DNA of 64,000 bases. Origin: Thermoleophilia bacterium. Lineage in GTDB: Bacteria; Actinomycetota; Thermoleophilia; BMS3ABIN01. The notes beneath the pieces were generated by a model, which made no database searches, was not told the DNA's origin, and was given only the letters and a program-made list of their open reading frames with translations. Each line of letters begins with the position of its first letter. Position 1 is the first letter of the stretch. Position numbers and translations under genes: made by a program. The DNA is taken from positions 2,720-66,719 of the forward strand of contig JACUUL010000001.1 of assembly GCA_014859345.1 (NCBI GenBank). The letters are read 5' to 3'. Positions 47,288 to 56,021 of this stretch are shown here, one piece after another.

Positions 47288-47390
47288 TACCGGCGCCCCT
47301 TTAAAACCTGCTCCCGCCCGCCCTCAGCAGTCTGCCACGGACGACGGCTGTCTTTCGGGAGATTGGGGCGGCTCACGCGCCAGGCAGCGT

Positions 47391-48950
47391 TCACGCCAAT
47401 CCTGCTATCTCATATATTTTCTCAATATCAACAGAGTTCCTCAGCGCCACGGCCAGCCGGTCGTATTCGTGCTCTTTCGCCGCGGCCCGGTCTATCAGCG
47501 GCAGCTCGGCCGGCATGCCGAACCAGGACAGCAGGCCTGCCAGCACCTCGTTACTGTCAAAGAATCCATGCATGTATGTGCCCAGCACCAAACCGTTTTC
47601 GCTTACGGCTCCGTCCGGGCCGGACCGCGTCCCCAGCAGATGCGCCGCCTGGGGCCCGAGGTATGTCTGACCCATATGAATCTCATAGCCGGACACTGCG
47701 GTGCCCCTCGGCAGCAGGGCGTTATAGCCGGTGATCCTCCCTGACTGCTGCCTCGTTTCCTTTTCAGGCTCAAAGACCGTCTCTACGTCAAGCAGGCCCA
47801 GGCCCTTGACGCTGCCGGCGCCGCCGTCCAGGCCGCGCCGGTCAAGGACTTTCTTGCCCAGCATCTGAAACCCGCCGCAGATGCCGATCACAGGCGTGCC
47901 GCCCTGTGCCCGGCGGATTACCTCAGCGGCAATGCCGCTCGACCAGAGAAAGCGCAGATCGGCGACCGTGCTCTTGGTTCCGGGGATGATGATCAGATCT
48001 GCCCCGCGCAGGCCGGCGGCGTGCTCCACGTAGCCGCATTCAAACCCGGGACAATCGCTCAAGGCATCAAAATCGGTGAAGTTGGAAAGACGCGGCAGTC
48101 TCAAAATGCGTACCCGGACGGGGTCGCCATGCCTGGCAGCCCTGTCCCCGCCGCCGCGCACGTCCGAGGGGAAGAGCGCCCTCGCGCCCTGTCCAGGGCC
48201 GGGTGGTTCAGATGAACGCTGCGGCAGCCCCACGGAATCCTCCTCTTCGACGCGCAGGTCCTTTACATAGGGAACCACGCCCAGCACCGGCCGCTGGCAA
48301 TGGCTCTCGAGAAAATCAAGTCCCGGCTCCAGGATAGTCCTGTCTCCCCGGAACTTGTTGATGATGAAGCCGGCAACCCTTTGCCGGTCGCTGTCCTGAA
48401 GCAGTTCCATGGTGCCCACCAGTTGGGCAAACACACCGCCGCGCTCGATGTCACCCACAAGCAGCACCGGCGCCTCGGCCATCTCGGCCACAACCATGTT
48501 GGCGATATCCCGCCCCCGGAAGTTCACCTCGGCAGGGCTGCCGGCCCCTTCGATGAGCACGACTTGGAAATCTCGTCTCAGCCGGTCCAGAGAGTCGTAT
48601 ACCGCGTCCATCAGCCCCATTTTGTAATCGTGGTAGTCTTGCGCGGTCATGGTAGCCACAGGCTTGCCCTGCACCACGACCTGGGCGCCGGTATCGGTGG
48701 TGGGCTTGAGCAGCACCGGGTTCATGTCGGTATGGGGTTTGACCCGGGCCGCTTCCGCCTGGACCACCTGCGCCCTGCCCATCTCGCCGCCCTCGGCGCT
48801 GACAAAGGAATTTAGCGACATGTTCTGGGATTTGAACGGCGCCACCGAGAAGCCATCCTGAGCCATGATGCGGGCCAGTCCGGCTACCAGCAGGGTTTTA
48901 CCGGCGTGGGAAGCGGTACCCTGGATCATTAGTGTCTTTGCCGCTGGCAT
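47391..48950 (-). CDS. cobQ: Cobyric acid synthase
   Basis: 519 aa. LMIQGTASHAGKTLLVAGL N-terminus plus C-terminal GATase domain. Confidence 0.85.
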   Translation of the reverse strand: MPAAKTLMIQGTASHAGKTLLVAGLARIMAQDGFSVAPFKSQNMSLNSFVSAEGGEMGRAQVVQAEAARVKPHTDMNPVLLKPTTDTGAQVVVQGKPVATMTAQDYHDYKMGLMDAVYDSLDRLRRDFQVVLIEGAGSPAEVNFRGRDIANMVVAEMAEAPVLLVGDIERGGVFAQLVGTMELLQDSDRQRVAGFIINKFRGDRTILEPGLDFLESHCQRPVLGVVPYVKDLRVEEEDSVGLPQRSSEPPGPGQGARALFPSDVRGGGDRAARHGDPVRVRILRLPRLSNFTDFDALSDCPGFECGYVEHAAGLRGADLIIIPGTKSTVADLRFLWSSGIAAEVIRRAQGGTPVIGICGGFQMLGKKVLDRRGLDGGAGSVKGLGLLDVETVFEPEKETRQQSGRITGYNALLPRGTAVSGYEIHMGQTYLGPQAAHLLGTRSGPDGAVSENGLVLGTYMHGFFDSNEVLAGLLSWFGMPAELPLIDRAAAKEHEYDRLAVALRNSVDIEKIYEIAGLA

Positions 48951-49012
48951 GCCTCAGGCCCTTTCCGGAAACCCGGGCACGGGAGCCGGCGTTTCTCTGT
49001 CCACGATTCTGA

Positions 49013-49549
49013 TCATTTCACCCTCACCGGCAAACCGGACACACACAGATAGACCTCGTCGGCAACCGCGGCCAGTTTCTGATTGGCGCGCCCGGCCAGG
49101 TCGCGGAAGACGCGGGCCAGAGCGTTGTCGGGGACGATGCCCATTCCCACCTCGTTGCTTACCAGAATGACGCGGCCGTTACCTTCCGATCGTGAAACGC
49201 AAAGTCCGGCCAGCCGTTCCATTTCCCCATCCACCAGCTTCTCCAGCCGCATCCCGGAGCCGGGCCCCTGGCTCAGCAACAGATTTGAGATGTATACAGT
49301 GAGGCAATCCACCAGCACGGTGCCGCCGCCGGCAAGCGCCGCCTCCACGGCGCCGGGCAGATCATCGTAAGCTTCCACGGTCTGCCATTCCCGGGGCCTT
49401 CGGCGCCGGTGTCCGGCTATGCGGTCGCCCATTTCGGCATCGCCGGCCCGGGCGGTGGCGATGTAGGTTACCCGGCCGCCATGCTCGCGGGCCAGCCTTT
49501 CCGCCAGGCTGCTCTTGCCGCTCCTGGCTCCTCCGGTAATGAATATCAT
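49013..49549 (-). CDS. cobU: Adenosylcobinamide kinase / adenosylcobinamide-phosphate guanylyltransferase
   Basis: MIFITGGARSGKSSLAERLA P-loop, 178 aa. Confidence 0.85.
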   Translation of the reverse strand: MIFITGGARSGKSSLAERLAREHGGRVTYIATARAGDAEMGDRIAGHRRRRPREWQTVEAYDDLPGAVEAALAGGGTVLVDCLTVYISNLLLSQGPGSGMRLEKLVDGEMERLAGLCVSRSEGNGRVILVSNEVGMGIVPDNALARVFRDLAGRANQKLAAVADEVYLCVSGLPVRVK

Positions 49550-49564
49550 GCCGTCCTCAAGACG

Positions 49565-49592
49565 GAAAAAGCCCTCTTCAAACGAAGCGGGC
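49565..49592 (-). terminator. Intrinsic terminator/attenuator (expression platform) between riboswitch and cobU start
   Basis: Minus strand reads GCCCGCTTC-GTTT-GAAGAGGGC followed by TTTTTCCGTCTTGAGG-ATG. Stem 9 bp with one mismatch. The RBS follows immediately. Confidence 0.5.
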
Positions 49593-49639
49593 TGGAAAGA
49601 AAATCGGTTTTCAACCTAGCCACTCCTATCCGCGAAGAG

Positions 49640-49800
49640 CGTTTGAGGCTAGAGCCTGCGGGCAGGTTTCCTGGCTCCCGGCGCCATGACTTCTGTTGAA
49701 TACATACGCGCGCGCCGGCTACAGTGGCGGGACCGCGCCGGCATCAAACCGGCTTCCCCTGCACGCCCGGTCTCAAAAATTCCGGACGCATGCCACAGGC
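49640..49800 (-). promoter_or_regulatory. Cobalamin (B12) riboswitch in the 5' leader of the cobU-led cob operon
   Basis: Minus strand reads ...GCAGGGGAAGCCGGUUUGAUGCCGGCGCGGUCCCGCCACUGUAGCCGG...GAAGUCAUGG...GGAGCCAGGAAACCUGCC... It contains the B12-box GCCACUG plus the conserved GGGAAGCCGGU..UCCGGCGCGGUCCCGC and GAGCCAGGA.ACCUGCC blocks of RF00174-type cobalamin riboswitches. Confidence 0.75.
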
Positions 49801-49861
49801 TGCAGCTATAATGACTGATTTTGGAAGTATACGGGCAGGCGAGAGGTTTTTCAAGAATGCT

Positions 49862-51253
49862 TTAGCGGAATATCAGCTCATAAAAATAAAACCCCGTAAA
49901 AAAGGCGTAGAAGAGGACCGCGGCAAGGGTGGCGGCTATCCACACGGGTCCGGGGGCGAGCGCACGGGGCAGCCTCCGCAAGTTCAGGTAGAGGGTAACG
50001 GATACGACCACGGGAATATGCGCCGCGGAAATTGCCCCGCCTATGAACAAAATGCCGACTGGATCACGGAGCAGGAGGTAAACCGCGACCGGCGCGGCCG
50101 TTAGCACCGCGATGACATAACCGTTCCTCAGAAGCAGCCGCCGCCGCGGTTTGGAGGATTCATCAATCCCGCGGCGCCTCAGCAGTATCAAGGTGGCGTC
50201 GGCATACATTCTTCCCCATCCATCCTGGTTCGCCAGAACAGAGCCCCACAGGGCCACAAAGATGCCGGTGACAAAAACCCAGGTTCCCGCGGGACCCCAT
50301 ACATCGGAGAGAAGCCTGGCGATATCCTCGGCCACCCGGATTCCCTCGGGGACGATCCCGAGCGGAGCCAGCAGCTCGGCGCCGAGTGTAAGAAAGGAAA
50401 CGTTGACGACAGTCGCTCCGACCACGCCTATGGCTGCCGTCGTTCCGGTGATGATCATCCATGAGCGCAGGCTCGCCTGCCTGCCGGCTGCCGAAACGGC
50501 CTTGCCTTGTTCGTCATCCTGCTCTTCCTCCTCGAATACAGGCCCTCCAAAGCCCCGCGCCGCAACCCAGTACGAGTACCACATCATGCCGGCCGCTCCC
50601 GCCAAAAGAAATCCAAACCAGGGAAGCACGAAATGCGCGTCGAAGTCCAGAGGCAGGACCGGAGCCAGGCCATGTGCGTACGGGCCGAATCCGGGAAAAA
50701 CAACGATCGCGGTGACGACCGTCGATACAATAAGAACAGCGGCCAAGCCGGCCGTCACCTTTTCCAGATGCCTGTACCTTCCGCTGACCACCAGCGCGCT
50801 CGAGACAAGAATAATGCCGACCGCAAAATAAGCCTGCCTTTCCGGCAGGACGATCCCCAGCGCGCTGCCGATCAACGCGGCAATGCCGGCCACCACCACG
50901 ATGCCGCTGGCCAGCCCAGGCAGAAAAATGAGCCATACTATCCATCCCCTGGGACCCGGAATGCCGTAATACCCTTCGAGAATGGATCTCCCGGAAACGA
51001 CGGTGTAACGGCCGATTTCACGAATGATTACCCAGGTCAGAAAAGCCACCAGCAAGGCAGCCCAGAGAAGTTCATACCCGTAGCGCGATCCGACTCTGGG
51101 CGTAAACAGTATCGAGCCGGACCCTACGGAGGAGACCATCCAGAGGAGCCCCGGGCCGTACCATTTCAGCCGTCTCCATCCGCCTGGAGCGACAGCCACC
51201 CTGTCCCGGCAGTGCTCCCGGCCGTTCTGTTGGGGAGTTTCGATATCGGGCAC
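49862..51253 (-). CDS. Nramp-related membrane transporter with a non-canonical metal-binding motif
   Basis: 463 aa. YGPGLLWMVSSVGSGSILF...GSRYGYELLW follows the Nramp TM1 pattern (GPGfl...YiDPGN...G..fGY.LLW), but DPGN is replaced by SVGSGS. Confidence 0.5.
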   Translation of the reverse strand: MPDIETPQQNGREHCRDRVAVAPGGWRRLKWYGPGLLWMVSSVGSGSILFTPRVGSRYGYELLWAALLVAFLTWVIIREIGRYTVVSGRSILEGYYGIPGPRGWIVWLIFLPGLASGIVVVAGIAALIGSALGIVLPERQAYFAVGIILVSSALVVSGRYRHLEKVTAGLAAVLIVSTVVTAIVVFPGFGPYAHGLAPVLPLDFDAHFVLPWFGFLLAGAAGMMWYSYWVAARGFGGPVFEEEEQDDEQGKAVSAAGRQASLRSWMIITGTTAAIGVVGATVVNVSFLTLGAELLAPLGIVPEGIRVAEDIARLLSDVWGPAGTWVFVTGIFVALWGSVLANQDGWGRMYADATLILLRRRGIDESSKPRRRLLLRNGYVIAVLTAAPVAVYLLLRDPVGILFIGGAISAAHIPVVVSVTLYLNLRRLPRALAPGPVWIAATLAAVLFYAFFTGFYFYELIFR

Positions 51254-51368
51254 GCACTCCTTAAAATCGCTCAGGGTGATAATGCCCGATTCGCCCGGGA
51301 TTGGAACTATGAAGAAACGGATGCCAGGCCGCGCTCAGAAAGGCTTGCGCCTCGTTCCGGGGATGACT

Positions 51369-52055
51369 TTACGGGTTATGTTCCACCATCTCGTCGAAAT
51401 CAACCTGCAGGATGCCCTTGCGGATGGCGTAGCGCACAAGTTCGGCGCGCTTGTGCAGGTTGAGCTTCTCCATGATGTTGGCCTTGTGGGTTTCCACCGT
51501 CTTGACGCTGATGAACAGGCTCTCAGCGATCTCCCGGTTGGTGTATCCCTCGGCCACCAGCCGAAGAATTTCCCGCTCCCGCTCGGTCAACGCATCGAAG
51601 CTCGAGGTTGGCTCCTGGCCCGCTTTCAGCTTCTCCAGGTAATCCTCGACCACCATCTTGGCGGCGGATGGATAGAGAAAGCAGTCTCCCCGGGAAACCA
51701 CGTGGATGGCGTTGACCAGGTCGCTGTCGGCGGCCTTCTTCAGCACGTAGCCTGAGGCGCCCGCCTGGAGAACCTGGAACAGGTACTCCTCGTTGTCGTG
51801 CATGGTCAGCACCAGCACCTTGACATCATTGTCCCGTTTCTTTATCTGCTTGGTGGCCTCCATGCCGTTCATCACCGGCATGCCGATGTCCATCAGCACG
51901 ATGTCCGGATGCAGCTCCTGCGTTTTCTGGACCGCTTCGCGGCCGTTTTCAGCCTCGCCGACGATCTCGATGTCGCTCTCCTCGCCTAACAGGCGCATCA
52001 GGCCCGAGCGCAGGATTGCGTGGTCGTCGGCGAGCAATATCCTGATCTTGCTCAC
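51369..52055 (-). CDS. Response regulator, NarL/LuxR family
   Basis: ILLADDHAILRSG...DIVLMDIGMP receiver domain, plus C-terminal LuxR HTH (REREILRLVAEGYTNREIAESLFISVKTVETH). Confidence 0.85.
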   Translation of the reverse strand: MSKIRILLADDHAILRSGLMRLLGEESDIEIVGEAENGREAVQKTQELHPDIVLMDIGMPVMNGMEATKQIKKRDNDVKVLVLTMHDNEEYLFQVLQAGASGYVLKKAADSDLVNAIHVVSRGDCFLYPSAAKMVVEDYLEKLKAGQEPTSSFDALTEREREILRLVAEGYTNREIAESLFISVKTVETHKANIMEKLNLHKRAELVRYAIRKGILQVDFDEMVEHNP

Positions 52056-53164
52056 CAGATGCCCTCCTTGTTAGTATCGATTGGAACTTCGAAGAAGATA
52101 GTGGAGCCATGGCCCGGCCTGGTATCAAACCCGAGCGAGCCGCCCACCAGCTCGATTCTTTCCTTCATGCCGTGCAAGCCGAGCCCCCGGCCCTGCTCGG
52201 ACATAACCTCCTGCGAGTCAAACCCCTGGCCGTTGTCCGATATCGATCCTTCTATCCCGTTGCCTTTGTGCTTGAGCAGAACTCGGCACTCGCTGGCTCC
52301 GGAGTGCCGGGCAACATTGGTTAGGGCCTCCTGGACTACCCGGTATAATACCGTCTCCATCTCGGGAGATAACCTCTGTGACAGCACCAGCGGCTGAATA
52401 TCCACGGCAATACCGGTATTTGCGGAAAATTCCTTGACGTAAGAGCGAAGCGCTGCCGAGAGCCCCAGATCGTCGAGCACGCTGGGCCTGAGCCTGATGG
52501 CCATGGTATGAACCTCGTTAAGCGTCGAATGAGCCAGGTCGCTGATGCCGTTCAGACGCTCCTTGATTTCCGCCATGCCATCCGGAACCACTTCCTCCAC
52601 CATCCTGATGCCGATCACCAGCCCGGTCAGGGACTGGCTGGTCTCGTCGTGAAGCTCTCGCGCGATCCGCTTGCGCTCCTCTTCCTGGGCCTGGATCACC
52701 GACGCCGCCGCCCGCCGGCGCTGCCACTCCATGGAGTTGAGCATGGCGTTCAGGCTCTTGGAAAGATCCTCGATCTGGGGATCGTCCCTGACCTCCGGCA
52801 CGCGGATGCCGCGGTGCCCGGCGCGTATCGCCTTCATCGTGTCGGTTACGTCATCAAGAGGCCGGAAGGCCAGCTTGACCAGCAGATAATTAACCAGGAT
52901 GGAAAGTGAGACGCCGCTGGCAAGGAACAAAACCAGGTATCCGAGCTCGCCATCCTGGAAATACAACTTCTGCAGATAGATGCCCAGGCTGGCGCCGATG
53001 GCGATGAGGATGGTGTTCGCGATGACGACTTTCTGAAAAAGGGGGCGCCTCTTGACCCGGTCCATGACCGGATTGACATAATCGCAGATACACCGGTCCC
53101 AGACCTCCTGCCTCGGGGGAGACGCAGCCGCATCGACCTGTTCAATTGCTTCCTGGCTTCCCAT
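52052..53164 (-). CDS. Sensor histidine kinase (HisKA_3/NarX-DegS type)
   Basis: Two TM helices, then ELHDETSQSLTGLVIGI (H-box of HisKA_3) and an HATPase_c region. 4-nt overlap with the response regulator gene. Confidence 0.8.
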   Translation of the reverse strand: MGSQEAIEQVDAAASPPRQEVWDRCICDYVNPVMDRVKRRPLFQKVVIANTILIAIGASLGIYLQKLYFQDGELGYLVLFLASGVSLSILVNYLLVKLAFRPLDDVTDTMKAIRAGHRGIRVPEVRDDPQIEDLSKSLNAMLNSMEWQRRRAAASVIQAQEEERKRIARELHDETSQSLTGLVIGIRMVEEVVPDGMAEIKERLNGISDLAHSTLNEVHTMAIRLRPSVLDDLGLSAALRSYVKEFSANTGIAVDIQPLVLSQRLSPEMETVLYRVVQEALTNVARHSGASECRVLLKHKGNGIEGSISDNGQGFDSQEVMSEQGRGLGLHGMKERIELVGGSLGFDTRPGHGSTIFFEVPIDTNKEGIW

Positions 53165-53506
53165 CTGGATTTCCTGCTCTTTACCCGGATTATTACAGGA
53201 TTATGAATTCGGCCAGGGAACGCTGGCGGCGCTACATCCGCTGCCTGCAAGCGGAACCCAGCCTGCCCCCGCAATTTATTACGCCCTGGGTATTTTACAT
53301 GGTATCAGACGGCTGCCTGTAAGGCCACATATCGCCGGCAAACGGCGTATGCCAAACGTCGCCGTCAAATCGCGTGTATAAGGGATATATCGGCTTCTGC
53401 TACGGACCCTCCTGATCCGGTTTCCCGGCGGGTAAAATTGGGCTGAGAATGCCTCGGGCAGGGAGAGCCTGCCGGGACAGGCAGCGGGAAAGAGTCCGGC
53501 GCGGTC

Positions 53507-53992
53507 CTAGTCGCTTAAAACCCGCGAATGCTTCAGGGACTCGTCTGGCGGGGCGGCCTCCAGGGGCATTCCATCCTTCGCCTGCACATATGTTCGTGAA
53601 ACCAGGTCGGCGAAGGTGGTGTTATGCAGCTGTGCTATCAGGGAATTCTGCACGTTCTCGCAGACCGGCCGGAAGGTGCAGCTGTCCTGATGGACACATT
53701 GTTCCGGGCTTCTGAGGCAGGGGACCAGCGAGATCGGCCCTTCCACCGCTTCGATGACTTCAAGCACAGAGAGGTCCTCCGGCGGCCGGGCCAGCATGAC
53801 ACCGCCCTGGTTCCCCCTCAGCGTGCGGATGAGCCCGGCGCGAGCCAGTGTGCGAATAATGGAAGGAAGATATTTGCTCGGGATTACCTGGCGGGCGGCT
53901 ATCTCCTTCGTCTGCACCACTTTGCCGTAAGGAAGATTGGCAAGATGCAGAACAGCGCGGACGCCGTAATCGCTCTGTCTGGTTAGATGCAC
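53507..53992 (-). CDS. Rrf2-family transcriptional regulator, second paralog (3-Cys motif)
   Basis: MHLTRQSDYGVRAVLHLANLP and CLRSPEQCVHQDSCTF. Confidence 0.8.
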   Translation of the reverse strand: MHLTRQSDYGVRAVLHLANLPYGKVVQTKEIAARQVIPSKYLPSIIRTLARAGLIRTLRGNQGGVMLARPPEDLSVLEVIEAVEGPISLVPCLRSPEQCVHQDSCTFRPVCENVQNSLIAQLHNTTFADLVSRTYVQAKDGMPLEAAPPDESLKHSRVLSD

Positions 53993-54378
53993 CGTCCACC
54001 CATAACAAATCTTTCTTTCGTCTCACCGGGTGGCGGAACATGCCAAATCCGGCCGATGGCATGATAAAACATGCTGCTGACCTCCATGAAGGGGATGACA
54101 TCTCCCGATCCCCGCTTCCCGGTGCGTCTCTTAAAGAGAGCTGCCTGGCGGCTAAGTTTATGACGAGTTACAGTTTTTGTCAATCATACTCCTCTGTAGT
54201 AGTTTCTAAAGGCGGTGTTCCCGCTTGCACCATGTTTGCTCTCCATGGTTATTTTTGGGGATGGCAATCCGCGCTAAGCAGCGATTTCGGCAATGCCTTT
54301 CCAGCTGTTAAGTCAATCTTTCAACATCTCAGCGGTACTTTTTTACCCGCTGATGGCACCAGTACCGGTGCCGGGGAG

Positions 54379-54771
54379 CTACGGCTGCCTGCGCCAGGGC
54401 CAGCGGCCATCCACCTCCACCTCCAGGGTGAAGCTCAGGAATGTCCGCACCAGCACGATGGCAGCCAGGACTCCCACGTTCTGAAAGGTGGGCGAGATGG
54501 CGACGGTGCGGATGATGTCGGCGGCGATGAGCACTTCCAGGCCGAGCAGAATGGCCCGGGCCATGCTCTGACGGCCCCGCTGGAAGGCAACCGGCCGTTG
54601 TTCCCGGTTGAAGAAACGGGCGCTAAACGTAATCAGGCCCGCCGCTGTTCCCAAAACGATGACAGCGACCCCCAGGATGTCCAGCGACTTGCCGACCAGC
54701 TCTACTGTCTCGCTGAATTCCATGGCTCCCTTCGGAAGCAGAAGGAGCTCACAAATCCATACGGCTTCCAT
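54379..54771 (-). CDS. DUF1622-family small membrane protein
   Basis: MEFSETVELVGKSLDILGVAVIVLG...ILLGLEVLIAADII pattern. Chosen over the overlapping plus-strand 283-aa ORF. Confidence 0.45.
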   Translation of the reverse strand: MEAVWICELLLLPKGAMEFSETVELVGKSLDILGVAVIVLGTAAGLITFSARFFNREQRPVAFQRGRQSMARAILLGLEVLIAADIIRTVAISPTFQNVGVLAAIVLVRTFLSFTLEVEVDGRWPWRRQP

Positions 54772-54917
54772 ACTACAACAGGCATGGCGTATTTATTTCC
54801 CCGCGGCCATGGGATTAAACGGCTTTGGCAAGCCCGCGTGCTTGAAAAACCTGCCGGCATTGCCGTAGTCCGGCCGGTTTCCGGAATTTGACGGCGGTAT
54901 ATGGCCGTTCTGCCTGT

Positions 54918-55946
54918 CTAGGCAGCCTTGCGCATCTGCGCCCGGCGGCTTATGTATCCGGCCGCGTCGACAACCCGGCGCGCGTACCCCCATTCGTTGT
55001 CGTACCATGCCACCACTTTCACGGTATGGCCGTTGATGGCCATGGTTGAGGAGGCGTCCACCACCGCTGAATAGGTGCTGCCGATTATGTCGGACGAAAC
55101 CAGCGGTTCCTCGCTGATGCCCAGGATGCCGCGCATCTCTTCGGCGGCCGCGCGCCGGCGGATAGCCTCATTGACCTTTTCCTCATCAACCGTCCGCTCC
55201 GTGTTGGCCACGAAATCGATTACGGAGCCGCAGAGCACCGGCACCCGCATTGCCATGCCGTTGACCTTGCCTCTGAGCTGCGGCAGGGTCTCGGCCGTGG
55301 CGATGGCCGCGCCGGTGGTGGCGGGAACGATGTTGTGCGCTCCCGCCCGGCCCCTGCGCCAGTCCTTGCCGGGCTTGTCCACTATCCCCTGGCCGCTCGT
55401 GAGGGCGTGCACGGTGGTCAGCAGGCCTTCCACGATGCCGAATTCCTCGTCCAGCACCTTCGCCACCGGCGCCAGGCAGTTGGTGGTGCAGGAGGCGTTG
55501 GATATCACCAGGTGATCCGAGGGATCGAACTTATCCTCGTTCACCCCCATGCAGATGGTGATATCAGCGCCCTTGGAGGGCGCCGTCACCAGAACCCGCT
55601 CGGCGCCGGCGTCAAGATGTCTGCCGGCCTCGGTCCTGGCGGTGAAGGCGCCGCTGGCCTCGATCACGGTTTCGACCCCCTTTTCGCCCCACGGCAACTG
55701 TTCCGGATCGCTGATTCTGGTGAAGGGTATCTGCCGGTCGTCCCAGGAAAGCATGCCGTCATTTACGCCGATACTGGCGTCTGGAGACGAATACACGCTG
55801 TCGTGAAGCAGCAGATAGGCCAGATTCTCCAGGTCCGCGACGTCGTTGATCGCCACCACTTCAAGGCCGTCGCCACTTTCCATGATCTGGCGGAAGGTGA
55901 GCCGCCCGATCCGCCCAAACCCGTTGATTGCTACCTTGGTCGCCAT
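54918..55946 (-). CDS. gapA: Glyceraldehyde-3-phosphate dehydrogenase, type I
   Basis: MATKVAINGFGRIGR and active-site SNASCTTNCLAP. Confidence 0.9.
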   Translation of the reverse strand: MATKVAINGFGRIGRLTFRQIMESGDGLEVVAINDVADLENLAYLLLHDSVYSSPDASIGVNDGMLSWDDRQIPFTRISDPEQLPWGEKGVETVIEASGAFTARTEAGRHLDAGAERVLVTAPSKGADITICMGVNEDKFDPSDHLVISNASCTTNCLAPVAKVLDEEFGIVEGLLTTVHALTSGQGIVDKPGKDWRRGRAGAHNIVPATTGAAIATAETLPQLRGKVNGMAMRVPVLCGSVIDFVANTERTVDEEKVNEAIRRRAAAEEMRGILGISEEPLVSSDIIGSTYSAVVDASSTMAINGHTVKVVAWYDNEWGYARRVVDAAGYISRRAQMRKAA

Positions 55947-56021
55947 GATCCTACCTCCCATAAGAAGAAATCAGTACTCCTTGATGACTTCCCGATATGG
56001 CAGGTTCGAAACCGGGCAGAT

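Noticed and set aside
54040-54891. 283-aa plus-strand ORF
   Set aside because: Overlaps the minus-strand DUF1622 membrane protein, which has a recognisable family pattern. The plus-strand translation is low-complexity.
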